A DNA stretch of 63,930 nucleotides, filler included, from Welwitschia mirabilis (Eukaryota): assembly GCA_051453625.1 (NCBI GenBank). It is 8 parts of one record of this genome, joined end to end, with 100 filler letters (N's around TTAATTAATTAA, not from the genome) between each part and the next. Parts side by side here need not be neighbours in the genome. Positions count along the whole stretch, not along the records: positions 24,308 to 41,206 come from JBOZIK010000001.1; 7 more parts are not named here. One strand, written 5' to 3'. Under the pieces are notes generated by a model. It was not told the DNA's origin. It did not search any database and worked only from the letters and a program-made list of their open reading frames with translations. Shown in pieces: positions 24,544 to 39,350 of the stretch (position 1 is the stretch's first letter; each line of letters starts with the position of its first letter). Made by a program: the position numbers and the translations under genes.

Positions 24544-25171
24544 NNNNNNNNNNNNNNNNNNNNNNNNNNNNNNNNNNNNNNNNNNNNNNNNNNNNNNNNN
24601 NNNNNNNNNNNNNNNNNNNNNNNNNNNNNNNNNNNNNNNNNNNNNNNNNNNNNNNNNNNNNNNNNNNNNNNNNNNNNNNNNNNNNNNNNNNNNNNNNNNN
24701 NNNNNNNNNNNNNNNNNNNNNNNNNNNNNNNNNNNNNNNNNNNNNNNNNNNNNNNNNNNNNNNNNNNNNNNNNNNNNNNNNNNNNNNNNNNNNNNNNNNN
24801 NNNNNNNNNNNNNNNNNNNNNNNNNNNNNNNNNNNNNNNNNNNNNNNNNNNNNNNNNNNNNNNNNNNNNNNNNNNNNNNNNNNNNNNNNNNNNNNNNNNN
24901 NNNNNNNNNNNNNNNNNNNNNNNNNNNNNNNNNNNNNNNNNNNNNNNNNNNNNNNNNNNNNNNNNNNNNNNNNNNNNNNNNNNNNNNNNNNNNNNNNNNN
25001 NNNNNNNNNNNNNNNNNNNNNNNNNNNNNNNNNNNNNNNNNNNNNNNNNNNNNNNNNNNNNNNNNNNNNNNNNNNNNNNNNNNNNNNNNNNNNNNNNNNN
25101 NNNNNNNNNNNNNNNNNNNNNNNNNNNNNNNNNNNNNNNNNNNNNNNNNNNNNNNNNNNNNNNNNNNNNNN

Positions 25172-25698
25172 TCTCCCTTTGACATTCATACTTCTTTCTT
25201 AGTCAGATCTAGAGCTAAATTAGTGTATTTCTATAGGTGGAGAGCTCCATCTATTATATTGTTTTCAGAACGAGTAATATCTGTGCTATTGAGCCATTAC
25301 CACATCACTACATTGTTGTTTATGGGTTAAGGCTAATCCTTGAAAACTCCATTTAAAAGGTTGAGATTTAGCCTATAAAAGTCTACTTGTAAAGGTTATA
25401 GGTGGACCTAAAATACCTAGTGGAGTAACAAAAATCCAAGATCTAGCTTGGAAGAAGATGATCATCGAGAGTGGAGTAGGGGAGTTTTCCGAACCATTAT
25501 AAATATAGCTTACATCAAAGTGGTAGTTTGTGCTTTCGTTTCTTGATTCTTTACTTTCAGTAGTTTAACTTACTGTGCACTTAACAGAATAATTTTTTTA
25601 ATTCAAGTTGTTTAGATTGATTAATCTAATATTAATTGTTGAATTTTTTGAAATAACCTATTTACACCCCTTCCCTTCTAGGGTTCTTAATCCTATCA
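25172..25698 (+). mobile_element. 3' part of a SIRE-like copia LTR
   Basis: Ends CCTATTTACACCCCTTCCCTTCTAGGGTTCTTAATCCTATCA, the inverse of the LTR terminus at 40133. Confidence 0.75.
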
Positions 25699-25699
25699 G

Positions 25700-26015
25700 A
25701 TGATACCTTTAATAATTTCTTGTATATTGGGTTAAACCATGTTATTGGCATTCTACATTTCCTTCCATATATTGCTTCAAAAGGTGTGCTTCCTATTGAC
25801 TCTTAATAGCCATTATCATAAGTGAATTTTCCCAATACTAATTATCCATCTACGATTCTTTAAAATCCAAAATTACTGATCTTAATAAGTCTTCTAAAAT
25901 TTGATTTGTTCTTTCTATTTGGCTATTTGTTTAAAAATTAAAATCTATACTCAAGTTTAAGTTAGTTTCCTATTCTTTATGGAATGATGTCCAAAATCTA
26001 GATGTAAACTTACCA
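25700..26015 (-). mobile_element. Ty3/gypsy (Tekay-like chromovirus) integrase core fragment
   Basis: KFTSRFWTSFHKE..TNSQIERTNQILEDLLRSVILDFKE. Colinear continuation of 30400-31100. Confidence 0.75.
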
Positions 26016-26399
26016 TGGAAGATATTTCTCTTTTTCCCTCAAAATCTTATTTGATTCCAATAGCCATTTTACATTTTTTTTCCTTTTGCCTTACACTCAT
26101 TTTATAGCCCCTTCTACATTTAATCACATCCTCCACTCACATTTTATTTGTTACCATTACTTCACATTATTAGCCTATTCTTATCCCATTTATTTTAATA
26201 CACCTCTTCATCATTAGATTGAAATTAATGGTTTGCAAAATTTGAGATAATTTGCACTTATGCTAAATGGCAATTAGAATGTAAATGTTTCATTCATGCT
26301 TATATCTTAGTCAATCATTTTGATCATCCCCTTTTACGGATACTGTTCCATTTGTATGGATTAGTGTACCTCATGAAGCTATTTGATTAAAGCCAAAGC

Positions 26400-28700
26400 T
26401 TTTGAAAAAGAAATAGACTAAAATACATGAGTTTACCATGCTTTGTACACAAGCAAAGGCACTTTCTATATCAGTGGCCCACTCAAAAGAGTTAGTAATA
26501 ATGGAATTATATAGGATAGTGTAAAATTTTGATAAGTTTTGAGAGGCACTAAGCCCATTGCTTTAGAGATACAATTACTATAATGTTTTGTTTTGCACTC
26601 AAGATAAGTTTCTTTCTTCTTCAGAAGGCCATTAAATAATTTAACCAGCTTTTTTAACTTCTCTTAAAGCTTGGGTAGTGTGTTTTTTGGAATAGTCTCT
26701 TTTGTAAAACATGATCCCAGTTTTTGTGCAACAACATAAATTGATTTATTCTTTTCATACATTATAAACTAATTTATGAGCTGGTCTGGTTATTGGATAT
26801 ATTAGAATATTACACAAGCAATATCTACAACCTAGTACAAAATGTTACCAAGTCCTACAAAACTAGATTTCTTGAACCTCCTTCATTTTTTTAAAATTGA
26901 ATCTCCCATTTTAGAGTACTGTAGGTAACATCCTTACTTCTGTTATTGTTGTTTTTCAAAACATTTTACAATCTTAAGTGCATGAAAGAATTTAATGGCA
27001 ATAATTCTTATCATCTCCAACTGGCATTTAAATGTTATTTAAACTTCTAAAAAAAGGGAGTCATGAAATATAGAAGTTAAAGAAAAAAAATCTTGCAAGT
27101 TCCTATTACCCATTGGTGAATCTCCATGACCAATTACTACCATCAGCTAAATACATCAAATAAAAAGAAGAAAAGAAGTTAAATAATTTATTCTAAAAAC
27201 AAGTCGATGTTTTCAAAGAAAGATAATTTCCAGCCAAATGCAAAACCTAGAAATAGCTATATGAAAAATATCCTATATTATGAAGATAACTCTCAAATCT
27301 ATGTCAATAGCTAACCAATGCATTAAAAAGTTTCTACATGTAAGTTATTATAGTGAAATGTATGAAGATCTCTATAATGTCATCACAAATTTTACTGAGA
27401 CATAAATATTTTCATGAATATACTAGAGGATAGTAAGTGATAAATCAGATTCATATTAATCATTATTTAAGTCCACTCCAAGAATTGCTTTAACTTTGTG
27501 TGATCAATGTATATGGATCTAAAATTACTTTTATAAATCATAATTCCTAAGTTCCTACTGAATTAAAGGTGCAAGATTTGGTTACAATTGAATGGTTCGA
27601 TATTAGAAATATGAGGAACTATAAATAAATGTAGAATTTAATAGTTATAAAGAGTGCAGTGATTATGTCACTATACGATAAGACCATCATCTTCATAGGT
27701 ATTTTTTTCCCCTTTGGTTCAAACATGAACATTTCTTCATTAGCGAAAAATGCTTTTGAAATGTCACTCATAGCCATGCCTTTTTCAAAAGTTACTATGT
27801 TACCCCTTTTTGATAATATATATTTAAAAAAAAGGAATACGAAGAATGTCCATGTGAGATAACGATCCTCTGTATTCTTTACACTGATCAGGAATACAAT
27901 CTTTATCAAAAATTCACTTGAGGTAATAGATTGGGTAACTACATGCATCTGTAGTCACTTTATTATAAATTCCTAGAACCTCAATTTATATTGAAATTCA
28001 GAAAACCAACATATAAAGAATGATTTAAGGATAAAACACAGATCATGAGAGACTAATCGTTCCAATTTTCTTTGGAGATGATAAAGTTGTTCATTACCAA
28101 ACATCTGAACTTTCTCATCTAATATTGCAAAATGCTAAATTCCAATTACAAATTAATACTTTTCTCATGCGTGATGTTTCTTTATGCTAAAGCTTAGAAG
28201 AAGCATGTTTTGATAGCTTATCGCTTATAAGAAAATTAATAAGAGCACTTTGTATTAACTCAGTTGATGTGGGATGTTCTATTACTGCCTGCTTTCTTAG
28301 CCTTGACCTACATTAAATATCCCCTTCTGAAGCTGAAAACTTTAGTCCTTTAAAGTAGGGTAGGATATTTCTTTCTTTCCTACAATTTCAAAAACAAATT
28401 CTTGAACATAAATTCCAAGGCATAACTCTTAAAAAACTTGTTGCATGTGGTTCTAATGAAATTCATTCTTCTTTGAAGAAAGCATGTATGATTGCTGAAC
28501 TACCTAAATAAAATGTTAAAGAATTGCATATAGACAAATTGCAAAACTATGCACTTTCTCTTGATGTTCTTTAGAACATAATACTAGAAGGCATTAACTA
28601 TGCTCTTTTTTGATTCTTCCTCTCTACAATGGTTGGGACAATGTTATCATTAGCTATAGATTGATTATCAGAACTATACATGATTTCTATAGTAGCATCA
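26400..28700 (-). mobile_element. Possible highly decayed hAT-type transposase
   Basis: Only faint motifs, in the expected order (FCNL, KMMVLSYSD, IHIHxSHKV, xWKLS..IDLFL, DIESAF). Sits between the two halves of a gypsy integrase. Confidence 0.3.
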
Positions 28701-30399
28701 CACAAGAATTTTGTGGACAATGAAGAACCTTCAACAAGATGATGAAATCTTTAATTGTGTTCATTTTGGTGCAGAGGCTGATTTGTGCTTTGTTTACTAT
28801 GTTGTAGCAATCTGTTATATGTCTTGAAGAGCATTACCTATCTATAAACTTTATTCATGAAAAATCTAAAATCACCATTATAGTTCACTTACAATGTATT
28901 AGATATTAGAGAATGCATGTAGGATTGTAATTATTACTTCATCAAGCCTCAGACATTGAATATTTTCTCATTTATCATTTAACATTAAGAAAAAGAAAAC
29001 TTGAAACAAAATTCTCAATACAAATATTCTAGAAGAAATAAGTTTGACTTAGAATTAGCATAAGTGAATTTAGACTAGAAATTGTCAAAATAGAGAGGAA
29101 AAGCAAGGTTTTGAAAATGGTGGACAAAGACATCATTTGTGTGATAGCCATTTTAGGATTCACATACAATAGCTAGTTCAAAGATGTAAAGCTACTTAAA
29201 GATCTTCTAGTATTCGTCACAAGAAATTGAACTACCAACACATCCATAAAATACACCCCTCACTCATGTAGAACTTGGCAAATATTTTGATGGACCAAGA
29301 TTTACAGGTGAAACTTGAGTGCAAATTTGGATGAAATCATGAAGAAGGCATCTAAAACAAAGTTCAAAGAGAAGACTAAGTAGTATAAAAGGAGCATCCT
29401 AAAAAAAATGAAAAAGAAGATGAGCATCAGATAAATATAATAGCACCATTAAAATAGGGAGAGGGCATCAATAGATAGGAGAATAAATGGAAAAGATAAC
29501 AAATAGGAATCACGACATTAGAAAAAGAGAGAACAAAAACCAGAATGCAAAAGACAAGCTGCTACAATAAAAAGTCAGAAATTGATCGAAAAAGAAAATT
29601 AATGGAATAGCAGCAATAGACAATGTGGATCAGAAGAGGAGAAGATATAGAACAAATGTAGATGATGAAAATTAGAGGAAGAAAAATCATATGACAAATA
29701 CAGAGGCAACAAAAGAGACAAGGATGATGATAGCTTAGAGACAAGCAAAAGGTAGAAGAAAAATGTAATGGAGGAAAAAGGTTTTGGTGTTTAATCTATT
29801 TGATTTATCAATTTCTTTTTGAAATCTATAAAATCATTTTAGAATAAAAGATTTATCTTGAAATTCAGATTCTATATTCTTCAAAAAAAATTTGCATAGA
29901 TCAAAATTATTTTATATGTATTTCAGAGAATTTTATAAAGAATATCATCAACAAATCAAATAATTGCACTTTTTTAATGTATAATGTCTTCTTTAAAAAA
30001 CCTAAAGGTGCTAATTAGAATTGCATTAGAATTCACATCTTATTTTTGTATCAAAAGAGTTAGGGATATTTCATTTTTAGGTTTGAATATTAGTATACTA
30101 AGTGATGAAATGTTAGTTTATGTTAAAGTAATTTAGTGTGTCTCAACTTGAAGTTATTGATAAAAGTTTTTTGTTACTTGATATTATCAAAATATGTTTT
30201 ATTTGGTAATTTAACCAACAAATGACATTTGAATATGGAAAGATAATGATAATGATTTTCTCTAGATTTCTCTTTTGGATCTAATAAACATATTTTAATC
30301 TTGAAACATGCAAGTACTCTGGTTATCGTTAAATCCTTAGTATCATCTCAACTAAATTAATAAAATTAAAAAAATAAATTTGACATTGTGAAAATAGTC

Positions 30400-31100
30400 A
30401 TAACACTTACTATCTATATTTTAAATAATTCTTTTAGGCACTCCATGTGATTTGTTTATATTTATTACATTTTTTTTATAACACTTTTAGCTAAATCTAT
30501 TGTTTTTAGTGGGTAAAAATGTACACTTTTCATTAAGAGATTAATCACTACAAAAATGGAATCATAACCTTCTTTCATCTTGGATAGACCTGTAATAAAA
30601 TCCATACCAAATACTTCCCATTTCCATTCTAGAATGTCATGGGACTAGAAAACTCTAGTTTGATGTTAGTATTTAGCTTTGACCACTTAATAGATCATAT
30701 ATTTTGCCACATGGGTAGTAACTTCAAACTTCATTCCTAGCCACCAAAAATGTTTTTAATGTCTTTATACATCTTATTAACTCCTAGGTGAAGATCATAT
30801 CATGTACTATGAACTCCGTTGAAGATAATGTGCTTCATCTACTCTTCATTAGTTACTATAATTTTATCTTGACAAGTAATAAAGTCATTAATAGAAACTA
30901 CAAATCCTTTAATTACTTCTTATTTTACCTTTTTTTCCATAGATGATAGGTCTGTTGTAAATCAAAAATTAATTTATAAAAATCTTTTCATGTACTTGAG
31001 CAATTAACAAAAGGCCTTCTTTTGCTTAATGCATTAGCTAATGCATCTGCTCTTCCTTCATGGTAGTTTATTATCAAGTCATAATTGTTGATGGCCTAAA
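30400..31100 (-). mobile_element. Ty3/gypsy (Tekay-like) RNase H end and integrase N-terminus
   Basis: YDLIINYHEGRADALANALS and HLGVNKMYKDIK, followed by frameshifted equivalents of EWKWE.FGMDFITGL and GYDSIFVVINLL. Confidence 0.8.
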
Positions 31101-31449
31101 CTNNNNNNNNNNCAACCAATGAATGTTATAAACTAGAAGTGTAGGCTAAACATACTATTCAAGCATTTGAATTAAGAAGATACATCATCATAGTCCATAA
31201 TAGAACTCTTTTTGATCATTTTGTAATTTGTATACAAGAAAGAAAAGAACAATGAAAATAATCTAAGATTAAATGTAAAGTACATAATAAACAATGAATG
31301 GAAGCCTATAGTAACCAAACTATGAGTTGTTGTCACCTCAATTTAGCCATTATAACTTGTATCAAATAAAAAATAATCTATCAAAAGAATTTATCAAACA
31401 AAATACAAGCTATAAGAGACATAACAAAAAATATGAAAAAGTTGACATT

Positions 31450-32100
31450 AATATCATTTCTAAATATCTTTCAAAGAATCCTTGCATGGTAGTGACTCCT
31501 CAATGGGAGGTACATAGCCTAGCACCATGAATTACACCTCCTAAATTTAAAATAAGTCTTGACATTATTAAATGCACTTGTTGCCATTTATTATAAGCTA
31601 AAAGGTGAGAAAATAAAACCAAAAAGGGGTTTTTATAATTGTTAGAATTCCAAAAGGTTGATATAGGAAAAGAATGATTATTACATGAAAACTAGGCTAT
31701 AAATGAATTCATTAAGAAAACGTTATCCTGCTATCATGCTCAATGTCATCATGGGGATAACAATGGATATGACATCTCCCAATCTCAATCCCAAGCTATC
31801 ACATCATGATTTCATTAAAATTTGAATTTAAATGATAACTAATATATCAAAGGGACTATCATAGGGATGATATATGGAACGACAAATTAATTTTATGAAT
31901 TTTTGGCCTCAACTTGTAGTTAAAATATGGCATAATTAAAAGTTATGCTATTGTAAGCTAAGATAGTATTTAAGTTCAAAATTGAATCATTCCACTTATT
32001 CATGATAAAGCTCTAGAAATTAGATGAATTGAACTCCTTTGCCTATAAAAGATCATCAAAATCACTATTAAAACATGATAAATTGGTATTACAACATAGT
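31450..32100 (+). mobile_element. Athila/Tat-like integrase remnant
   Basis: Degenerate integrase core followed by KALELDELNSFAYKRSSK..KHDK. Confidence 0.45.
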
Positions 32101-34199
32101 CCTCCATCTAGCGTTTTATCAATCCCTTGATAAACAAAGTGAAATAATACTTTGTAATGCCAATTCATCTAGAGGAGGAAGGACTAAAAATCTAGAATAC
32201 ATAATAAAATCATTGTGAAAAATAGTATCTAATTATTAATGTCCAATTTTCCTGCTAATACTAAAGGAATTGACTTGGAAAAGACTATTGTTTCAAATGT
32301 TGTTAGGATGTCAAAGGGTCATGGAATTAAAAAACCTATAGTATTTTCATAGTTATTGTGTCCACTGTTGTTGGTATGACATAGGAAAGGACAACCTATT
32401 TAATGGAAGATTAGGCTGAGACTACAGAGGAATTAGATATGAGTGATGTACATCATGATGTTTAAAAGAAATTCCATGAAAACATTTACTATGCTTATGA
32501 ATGTTCAGAGATCTTACTTGAGAGTGATGGATCATTAAAATTATGATCAAGTTGGGATGATTATTAATAAAAAGATTTAAATTCAATATGTATGAGTAGT
32601 TAGGAATATAATGAAAGTGACAGAATCACTAGATTAGTCATAATTCAAATTTGAGGATGTCTAATAATAAGGACTAGTGGATTTTAATGTTTTGGATAAT
32701 AACTTAGGGTATGAGTGTCAAATCTCTAGTGCTTTTATGGATTCATGATGAGTGCAAAGTGGTGATCATAGTCTATCATCTATATTTTGTAAAACATAAA
32801 AAATGCTATTATGTCTTATATCATGGGGACGACATATGGCACAACATTCATTTCAAAAGTAATCATAAAATGAATGATGATCCTTTAGCATAAAACATCA
32901 AAGATGCTAGGAAAACTTAGTAAAATCATGAAAAATAGGAGAAATAAACTGGTAATTACTCAATATCTATGGTAAAGATGCTAAAGAAATATGAAGTGAG
33001 AATTAAGCAGCAAGTTGTGAAGCTAAAAATTCATGCAAGGATTAAAATGATGCAATCTATAAATTGGGCCATAAAACATATTTCCAAGTGCATTTATACA
33101 ATCAAGACTAGCAGTTGAATCATGAAGTGCATAAAGTTCATAAAGGATAACTAAAATTACTAAATAATTAAACCCGATAAAAATCTAAGAAAAATGTAAT
33201 TAGGCTTTGAGAAATTAATCTAATTATTATTAANNNNNNNNNNNNNNNNNNNNNNNNNNNNNNNNNNNNNNNNNNNNNNNNNNNNNNNNNNNNNNNNNNN
33301 NNNNNNNNNNNNNNNNNNNNNNNNNNNNNNNNNTATTATTAAGCTATGTAAGAAATGGACATAGATAACATAAAGAAGGTTGATCCTTTATCCTAGATGC
33401 TAACCTAATAGGACCTATAAAGGATAGCTATTAGACTACTTAATATGAAAAATGCATGATGCAATGCTTAAAATGATCGATTCATAAGGAAGTAAGTAAT
33501 TATGAAGTAGATTATCAACAAGTACCCATGAAGACATTAAGTGCTTTTTTATTAAATAACAATTATGTTTAAATTAGTGAAATTAAATTAATTAGTATCT
33601 AGAGACCCTGTTCTTCATGATGAGGGAGGTGCAACCACTACCATAGAAGAAAGAATCCATAGGCAAGAACCCAATCATAACCAACTATCCCTTATGTGGA
33701 ATCTCCATAGCTATCATATCACATTGCTAGAAGAGAATGGATCTGAAAGCCAACTATACCTCTAGTATACTTGCGAGATTACTACAATTAGATACTTCTT
33801 GAGAATCAAAGGTCCTTAAAAGGTTCGCAGGCTTTTTAATACCTTGAGTTTGGATAAAATCCAAACTCATCACTTGTTAGAGCTCCATGAAACATTAGCC
33901 TTGCTAAGAATGATTAAGTAGCATGAAGAATCAACTAGATGGGTTAAGGTAAGGAGAGATCTAGATAACAATAATAAAGGAAAGATCCTTCTTTTTCAAG
34001 AAGAAGGTCATCGAACTCTACTGCATCTATCATGTTAACTGAATAGGAATAACCATTAGGTGACTGATAATGATTTAATAATTATTAATTTACTTTCATT
34101 TTTACTTTAGTTACTAAGTTAGAAATCTTAACAAAATTACTGGAATGTACTTTTTCAACTAGATAAAGGCCTAACCATCTAGAATTCAGTTTGTTAGGA

Positions 34200-37100
34200 A
34201 TCAGATGTACTTTAGCATTGAAAAGTTGAACATACTAGCTAGGGTAAAATATCTTCACATAAGATTTTTTAACATGGCTAAATTTAGCTTGTGCTTTGAC
34301 AATAAGTTGATGATGAATGGCATGAGTTCTATTCTCATTAAGATGATTCAATTGGATAAGTTGGACTTGAAGGTTATCATCATAAGAAACAAGGTTGAGT
34401 TGATGGATTGTTTTGTAAGAATTATAATACACATTAATTAGAAGCACATATTTTTTTCCATAGACTAGTTCATAAGGAAAAAAATCCAAATAATTATGCC
34501 AATTCATGTGATAAGCTCAAAAAACATCATTAAGATGAAGTTCTAAAGATTTTCTAGATTTGTGATAAATTTTCAAGAGTATTTTCTTGATCAGCATTTT
34601 TAGCTTACCCATTTGTTTGAGGATGGTAAGTATTAGCTATTCTATGTTCAGTTCCAACTAAAATTAAGGGTTTCTTAATAATTTTATGGATAAAGTGAGT
34701 ATCTTGATCAGAAATAAGAATTTGAAGAAATCCAAATCTTTGAAAGATATTCAATCTAAATAAGTGACAAATAGTTTTAGCATCATAAGTTTATAGAGGT
34801 ATGACTTCAAATTTGGATGTGAGGCATGATACTAAATCCTTCTCTACTTTAGGATAGAGACAACTACTAATAATTAAGGGCTTTTTAGGATTAGTATTAT
34901 TAAAAATGTATTTTAATCCCTTTTTAAGATCTTTTAATTTCATCGCAAAGTTGAATCCTTCATGTCCATAAGGTGTTGAATAAACATTCTTATGAAATGT
35001 TGACTTCATAGCTTTTACTTCTTTTATGTATTTGGTTGTAATGTTGTCAAAAGTTTCTTTCATTAGTTATTCCATGGTTTTGTCAAGTGCACAAGGATTG
35101 ATGGAATTAAAACTATCTAATAGAGTTAAGAACTCCTTCATATCATCAAAAAGTGTTGGTTGTTCATGAGTAAGAGCCTTCAATTCAAGTGAATGATGTG
35201 TTACAAACATGGTTGGTCTAAAGTTTTCACTAAGCTTATCACTTAGATCATTGGTATATTTCTCTATCACATTGAAAACTTGAATCTAAATCTTTTTACT
35301 ACTTACATGAAGTTCCATGATCATAGTTATTGTGTCTATAATGCAATGGATAGTGCAACAAAAATATTTACATAATAATAAAGGATATCCTCCATTCTGA
35401 TTGATCTCAATTACTATGACATCTATGGGGTAATAATCTTCCTTTATTTAGACAACTAAATATTTAGTGATTCTAACAAGTATTCTTAAGCTTAAGTTAG
35501 CCCTTTCCAAGATAATTTAAATTGGTTTAATTCACTTTTCTAATCCAAAATTCTTATAAGCATGTAGAGGCATGATGTTCACACTTGTCTTTTTGAGATT
35601 TTTATTATCTTCTAATGTTCCACTAACATTCCTACCCTTGAATCATTAAATTTGGGACATTCTTATAATATTAAGTTGGCCATAAATTGAGCTAAAAATG
35701 CTCTAATTAGTAGTATTTTTTTACTTTCCCCTATAAAGATCCTTCCAAATGGTAGCATGTTTTTCAATTTCATAGAGCCTATAAGTTGGTGAGGATTTTA
35801 GGTCTTCATAGAAGCTACAATTAAAAACACAAAATCTTATGTACTAAAAGGGGGGTGACACTAGTAAAGACAAGCAGTGGCATTGATAAAGTTTGGAATT
35901 AAAGTGTTAGGTTTTGTAGTAAAGTTTACAAGATGCTTATAGAACAATTACAATTAGTAGATCACAACAAATTAAAACTAAAGTGAAAAACATAAATAAA
36001 ATTAGGTTTAATAGTATTAAAATCATGAAAATTTTTTAAAGATTTTTAATGTTTAAGGCACCTAGTAAAAACAAAAAATTAGAAATAGAAAAATGCAAAA
36101 AACCATAACAGGAAAGAAAATCATATGATGTAATATAAAGTTAATTAATTTTTTTAAAAGTTTTTAATTTTTTTAAACTTCAAAACAACCTATAAATGAG
36201 CATTATACCTATACAAAAAAATTAGACAAAATTAAGAGCAAACTTTAAAATAAGATTGACTAGTTTAGGTAACACTATAAGGACTAGTACCAACCACTAA
36301 AAAGAAAACTAAACATACAAAATAAAAGAAAAAGGATCAGTTTAGATATCACTAGATATGGAGGAGCATCCATTCCCAGAGAAATAAAATACTATGTACA
36401 AAACTTGCAAAAAGAAAAACGAGTACTCCTCTAAGCTGTTACCATGCAGTTATCCTCAATAATAGTACCAAAATTTGATTAGTGTAATACAATTAACTAG
36501 ATTTAAAGATATGTTTATAGTTAGTTATTATTCTTCCTTAGGGATAACATGGGTTTACGTTCAGAATTATACTAACTAAATTTTAATGCAAGTTATAAAT
36601 TTTAAAAAAAAATGAAAAAGAGAAAGAGATAATTTTTAGAAGTGGGTTTGAACTTCTTCTTGAGAAAGAAGGAAAGAAAACTAGCTCTAAGGTATTACTG
36701 ACTTATTTTTAAGAAATCATTTACTCTAATATTATCCAATTATCTTCTTGTAAAAAAATTAAAGCAATTAAGTACTTTTGGTCTAAGTCATGAGGAATAG
36801 TTGCATCCACCATATGATAAATGATTAATCCAATTAATACTTTAGTCTTAAAATAATAATAAAAAGTAAGGACTTCCAAAGTACTTAAGATCTATGAAAT
36901 TAAAAAGTTAGATTAAGTGATTAAAAGGAATTTACAAAACTAAAATAAACTTGATAATTAAGTAGTTACCTTAGCATTCCAATTATAATTTTACTCATGA
37001 ATTGAAATCAAAGGAAAACAACTTAATATATTGCAAAAAGGAACAACTTTACAGTAAAGGAAGAAAGAATAGGAAGGACTCCTTACTAATCCTTAAAGAC

Positions 37101-37560
37101 TAGCTTACTCCCTTAAAGAGTATCTTAGAAAGCCATCACAAGTTAATACTCCAATGTTTTATAATTCTCTAAGCTAAAGATAATATAATGAAAGGTTTAA
37201 GGTCCTTTTTATAGGAAGAGATGAGCAAGAAGGGTGGTTACAAATCCTTGACTTGTAGCATTAGGTAAATGGTTATAAATTATAACATTAGGTAGGATGG
37301 TTTATCTTTTTTTACATTTGGTAAAGATGATTATGATGATACTAACACTTGGCTTTACCAATCATTGACTATACCCTATCTCTCCACTGTCATCCTACCC
37401 AACCTTATCAAATGCATGCTATAAGTCCTTATCATCACCACCACATATAATTAGGAATGCAAGTTAATTTTTTATATGGAATTAGATTAAGATTGTAACT
37501 ACATTTTGTGTAATTTTTCATGATAAGCCAAGAACATGAGCTTAAAGGCGGTCTACGCAG
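34200..37560 (-). mobile_element. Deleted Athila-like gypsy element with PBS and 5' LTR
   Basis: Integrase LISDQDTHF..ANTYHPQTNG..FPYELVYGK (34200-34780) and protease VNIMPLH..YPIDVIVI (35300-35700). Deaminated PBS TGGTACTATTATTGAGGA (36453-36470) next to the LTR terminus at 36476. The far LTR boundary is approximate. Confidence 0.7.
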
Positions 37561-38744
37561 AAAGGCTAGTAGTGCCAATGGTTCTAGATGGTAGCATAGT
37601 TAAACATAAGTTACCTGAAAATGTCATGAGAAATAGTTACTTAAAAATATCATGAAAAATAGTTAAGTGCATAATTGATATGAAAATCAATAGAAGACAT
37701 GTTTTTATGGTGAAACTAATTATTTTAATGTCTTTTATTAAGGTTAATTAGTCATTTAAACTTGATCAAAATGTTAATTTTTGCATGTTAATAGGATCCA
37801 TATGAACACATTTCTAAAATAGAACAATTAATGCTCACTTGTAATGGAAAGAAATAAATAATAGATAGAAAGTACATGGTAGTGTTGTCTTATACATTAN
37901 NNNNNNNNNNNNNNNNNNNNNNNNNNNNNNNNNNNNNNNNNNNNNNNNNNNNNNNNNNNNNNNNNNNNNNNNNNNNNNNNNNNNNNNNNNNNNNNNNNNN
38001 NNNNNNNNNNNNNNNNNNNNNNNNNNNNNNNNNNNNNNNNNNNNNNNNNNNNNNNNNNNNNNNNNNNNNNNNNNNNNNNNNNNNNNNNNNNNNNNNNNNN
38101 NNNNNNNNNNNNNNNNNNNNNNNNNNNNNNNNNNNNNNNNNNNNNNNNNNNNNNNNNNNNNNNNNNNNNNNNNNNNNNNNNNNNNNNNNNNNNNNNNNNN
38201 NNNNNNNNNNNNNNNNNNNNNNNNNNNNNNNNNNNNNNNNNNNNNNNNNNNNNNNNNNNNNNNNNNNNNNNNNNNNNNNNNNNNNNNNNNNNNNNNNNNN
38301 NNNNNNNNNNNNNNNNNNNNNNNNNNNNNNNNNNNNNNNNNNNNNNNNNNNNNNNNNNNNNNNNNNNNNNNNNNNNNNNNNNNNNNNNNNNNNNNNNNNN
38401 NNNNNNNNNNNNNNNNNNNNNNNNNNNNNNNNNNNNNNNNNNNNNNNNNNNNNNNNNNNNNNNNNNNNNNNNNNNNNNNNNNNNNNNNNNNNNNNNNNNN
38501 NNNNNNNNNNNNNNNNNNNNNNNNNNNNNNNNNNNNNNNNNNNNNNNNNNNNNNNNNNNNNNNNNNNNNNNNNNNNNNNNNNNNNNNNNNNNNNNNNNNN
38601 NNNNNNNNNNNNNNNNNNNNNNNNNNNNNNNNNNNNNNNNNNNNNNNNNNNNNNNNNNNNNNNNNNNNNNNNNNNNNNNNNNNNNNNNNNNNNNNNNNNN
38701 NNNNNNNNNNNNNNNNNNNNNNNNNNNNNNNNNNNNNNNNNNNN

Positions 38745-39350
38745 AATGCCATAGATGAATTAAAGTAAAGAGTTGATCTACCACTTCTATAATGGCCTTA
38801 CAAGCACAACCAAATAAATGGTAGACCTATCTTGTGGTAAGATTTATTCCAACACATAACTGATGAAGCATGAATAAACTTACATAGCTTAGTGTAACTT
38901 ATCTAATCATGGCCTCAACCAAAGGAAAAGAAGATTTTCAAATAATCATTAAGAGAATTGAAATAAATTATACATAGATAGGATAAGCAAAGCATCCATG
39001 AGGATGAAGCAAGCAGGGACAATAATATCCCACTAGTAAGAAAAGTAGTAAAGGCAATCAAAGAAATCAAATCACCTAAAGCATAAAAAATATACACTTC
39101 CACTTCTGAATTATGTGAAGAAAGTGATCACATTATAAAAAAGTACCCATTTCTACAAACAACAAAAGAAGTAGTAAGGGAAAAAAACATGCTTTACAAA
39201 CCAAGCACAATTCAAATCACTATAAGAAATCCTACAACAATGAGAAGAAGTTCTATCCTCAACAAGTTCCTCAACATAAATCTAACTACAAAGCCTCATA
39301 CCAATGATATACCACCAAAGAAATAGAAACTACAATTAGTCGAATGAATA
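38745..39350 (+). mobile_element. Athila-like gag fragment
   Basis: LIYHFYNGLTSTTKxMVDLSCG and ELCEESDHIIKKYP (degenerate zinc knuckle). Confidence 0.65.
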
